A DNA stretch of 64,000 nt from an uncultured virus (IMG/VR IMGVR_UViG_3300030099_006786) (taxonomy: Duplodnaviria; Heunggongvirae; Uroviricota; Caudoviricetes), in the IMG/VR virus record IMGVR_UViG_3300030099_006786. The stretch is one strand, 5' to 3'. The position numbers and the translations under genes were made by a program. Each line of letters starts with the position of its first letter. The stretch's first letter is position 1. Below are positions 62,448 to 64,000 of the stretch, in pieces. The notes under the pieces are model-generated. The model made no database searches and was not told where the DNA came from. It saw only the letters and a program-made list of their open reading frames with translations.

Positions 62448-62541
62448 ACAAAATATCTATATTTTGTAGTCCGACTTTGTGGTTCTTGGTGCGGTAGTAT
62501 TAAGTAGTAGCCAACATATTCGTTTGCTTACTAAAATAAAA

Positions 62542-63528
62542 TTAATCCTGCTGCCCAATACATTCTAGGCTGATTTTGTTAAGGGAGGCCTTCAAATCTT
62601 CCCAATTTAGCTCCCCAAAACCGTCCTCGATCATCAGCCTTAGTATTTCAGTTTTGTTAAAAGTACATTCAAACTCAGTAATAGCATAATCAACTTTTTG
62701 TTTTGCTTGCACTGACATTTGTGGAGCGTAAAGCTGCATCATATTGTAATTGTGTTCAACAACTTCTCTCGCTTCCACAACATTTGAATAAAATTTTTGC
62801 TTTTGTTCAGTTTCGTTACAATAATCAATGACATCATCAATAGAAGCTGTCCTGCTTTCTTTAAGAAATGGTAATCTTTTTGCGATCGTGGCAAGACCAG
62901 CGCCCCTAACGCCTTTTAAATTATCACTAGCATCACCAGCAATTGCTCTGGCTAGTGCCATGTTGGTAGGATGGATGCCAATGTTCTCTGAAATGGTATT
63001 CATGCTCATAATTTCTTTCTTTGTGGGTCTAAACAATATTGTTTCGCCATCACACAATTGCATAAAGTCCTTATCGTTAGATACAATTACCTTTTGCCAG
63101 CCTGAATAATTCTCCATACTGGTTATATATGAGATTACATCATCTGCTTCAATCTCAGGCAGCATCACTTGGATGATTGGCATTTCATTGATATATTCTA
63201 TAAGTCTTGATTGTTGCCAAACCTTGTTTTGCATTTCTTGATCGTCGGTCAAGTTGTGAAATGCCCTGTTAAGACGAATCGGTTTACGGCCAGCTTTGTA
63301 GTTGCTGTCCATGCTTTTTCGCTTACGTGATCCGTTGGGGCCATCCCAAACAATAACAATTTCTTCAGGTCTTGTATCTCTAACAAGCTTTTGTAGAATC
63401 TTGATAAAGCCCTTTAGTCCACCAATGGGCTGTCCATTGGCAGAAATAGATGGGTCAACAATATATGCTCTTAGGTAAGCATTTAATGCATCAATAATCA
63501 GAACTCTTTTTTTATTATCTGGTGTCAT
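62542..63528 (-). CDS. 5'-3' exonuclease / flap endonuclease (phage RNase H type)
   Basis: LIIDA, WDG, YKAGR, EADD, SNDKDFMQL, GDASDN.KGV. Confidence 0.93.
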   Translation of the reverse strand: MTPDNKKRVLIIDALNAYLRAYIVDPSISANGQPIGGLKGFIKILQKLVRDTRPEEIVIVWDGPNGSRKRKSMDSNYKAGRKPIRLNRAFHNLTDDQEMQNKVWQQSRLIEYINEMPIIQVMLPEIEADDVISYITSMENYSGWQKVIVSNDKDFMQLCDGETILFRPTKKEIMSMNTISENIGIHPTNMALARAIAGDASDNLKGVRGAGLATIAKRLPFLKESRTASIDDVIDYCNETEQKQKFYSNVVEAREVVEHNYNMMQLYAPQMSVQAKQKVDYAITEFECTFNKTEILRLMIEDGFGELNWEDLKASLNKISLECIGQQD

Positions 63529-63539
63529 ATTATCCTCGA

Positions 63540-64000
63540 TTATGCAGTAACTGGTACGGTGAGATCTTCAGGATCTTCATAGAAGTTTTTAGCATCACCT
63601 TGTCTCATGTCGAACTTCTGAATAATTTCCTCATCCATAATTGAAATTACCTTTTGTTTAAACTCTTCATCTGATTGCACAAGGTCAGTCCATTTGGATG
63701 GTTGAAATTTCTTTGTGTATCCGTCAGGTGTTGCCAAAGTATACCACGCCCCAGCGCTTGTTAGCGATGGCGAACCCTTAATTGCATCAAACCAAGATTC
63801 TTCATCGCGAATACCAACTTCATTGCCCCATAGAATTCTAAAAGCACAGGATCTACCTTGCGTACCAAAACGTGATTTTTCTAGCTTTACCTTCACTTCT
63901 GAGCCAATTCTAAAGCCTTTCTCATCCTCGATATAGGCTGACTTAGCTTTGCGGCCTGTAAGCCAAATACGAAGCGAATAAGAATAATGCATCGCTTTAC
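63540..64000 (-). CDS. recA: RecA/UvsX recombinase, C-terminal part (5' end outside window)
   Basis: KAMHYSYSLRIWL, KVKLEKSRF, AGAWY; frame open to window edge. Confidence 0.85.
   Translation of the reverse strand, partial: KAMHYSYSLRIWLTGRKAKSAYIEDEKGFRIGSEVKVKLEKSRFGTQGRSCAFRILWGNEVGIRDEESWFDAIKGSPSLTSAGAWYTLATPDGYTKKFQPSKWTDLVQSDEEFKQKVISIMDEEIIQKFDMRQGDAKNFYEDPEDLTVPVTA

Noticed and set aside
62448..62467. AT-rich inverted repeat as terminator or small RNA
   Set aside because: Weak, nearly all-AT stem with minimal loop and short U tract; insufficient evidence
338..63936. Plus-strand and nested ORFs of the track
   Set aside because: Shadows of well-supported minus-strand genes, without RBS or motifs; only 32555-32770 occupies free space
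1..64000. Stop-codon reassignment
   Set aside because: Conserved genes are full length in code 11 and TAA, TAG and TGA all end genes; no suppressor tRNA

Overview
This 64-kb window looks like part of a large (jumbo-type) tailed dsDNA bacteriophage genome read in standard code 11. Almost every credible gene is on the minus strand; the exception is 32555-32770. Three zones are visible. (1) 1-10.8 kb and 33-47.5 kb are AT-rich, probably late or virion-associated genes. They are preceded by a CTA(A/T/C)TTA motif and often begin with a short leader ending in L/I-x-E. Products include a ParB-like protein, ferredoxin, a deoxyhypusine-synthase-like enzyme, NUDIX, trypsin-like proteases, a nucleotidyltransferase, a PcfJ-like protein, GroEL and ClpP. 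(2) 10.9-32.5 kb is an early/accessory region of short genes driven by more than 20 near-consensus sigma70 promoters, most carrying extra TGACA boxes at fixed spacing. It holds about 30 paralogous small VGDLV (SH3/KOW-like) genes chained by a stereotyped 14-nt overlap, a MoxR AAA/VWA pair, four canonical tRNAs, one abnormal class II tRNA-like RNA with an Asn anticodon, and a ~290-nt structured non-coding segment with a duplicated motif. (3) 47.6-64 kb is a replication/nucleotide block: sigma region-4 protein, IMPDH/GMPR, thioredoxin, adenine MTase, J-domain protein, UvsE, DnaE, endolysin, GroES, class II RNR, DnaB-type helicase, 5'-3' exonuclease and a truncated RecA. No capsid, terminase, integrase, Cas or RT gene is visible. 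All family calls come from motif recognition by eye, not database searches. Many start sites were corrected, and several <60-aa ORFs missing from the supplied track were translated by hand.
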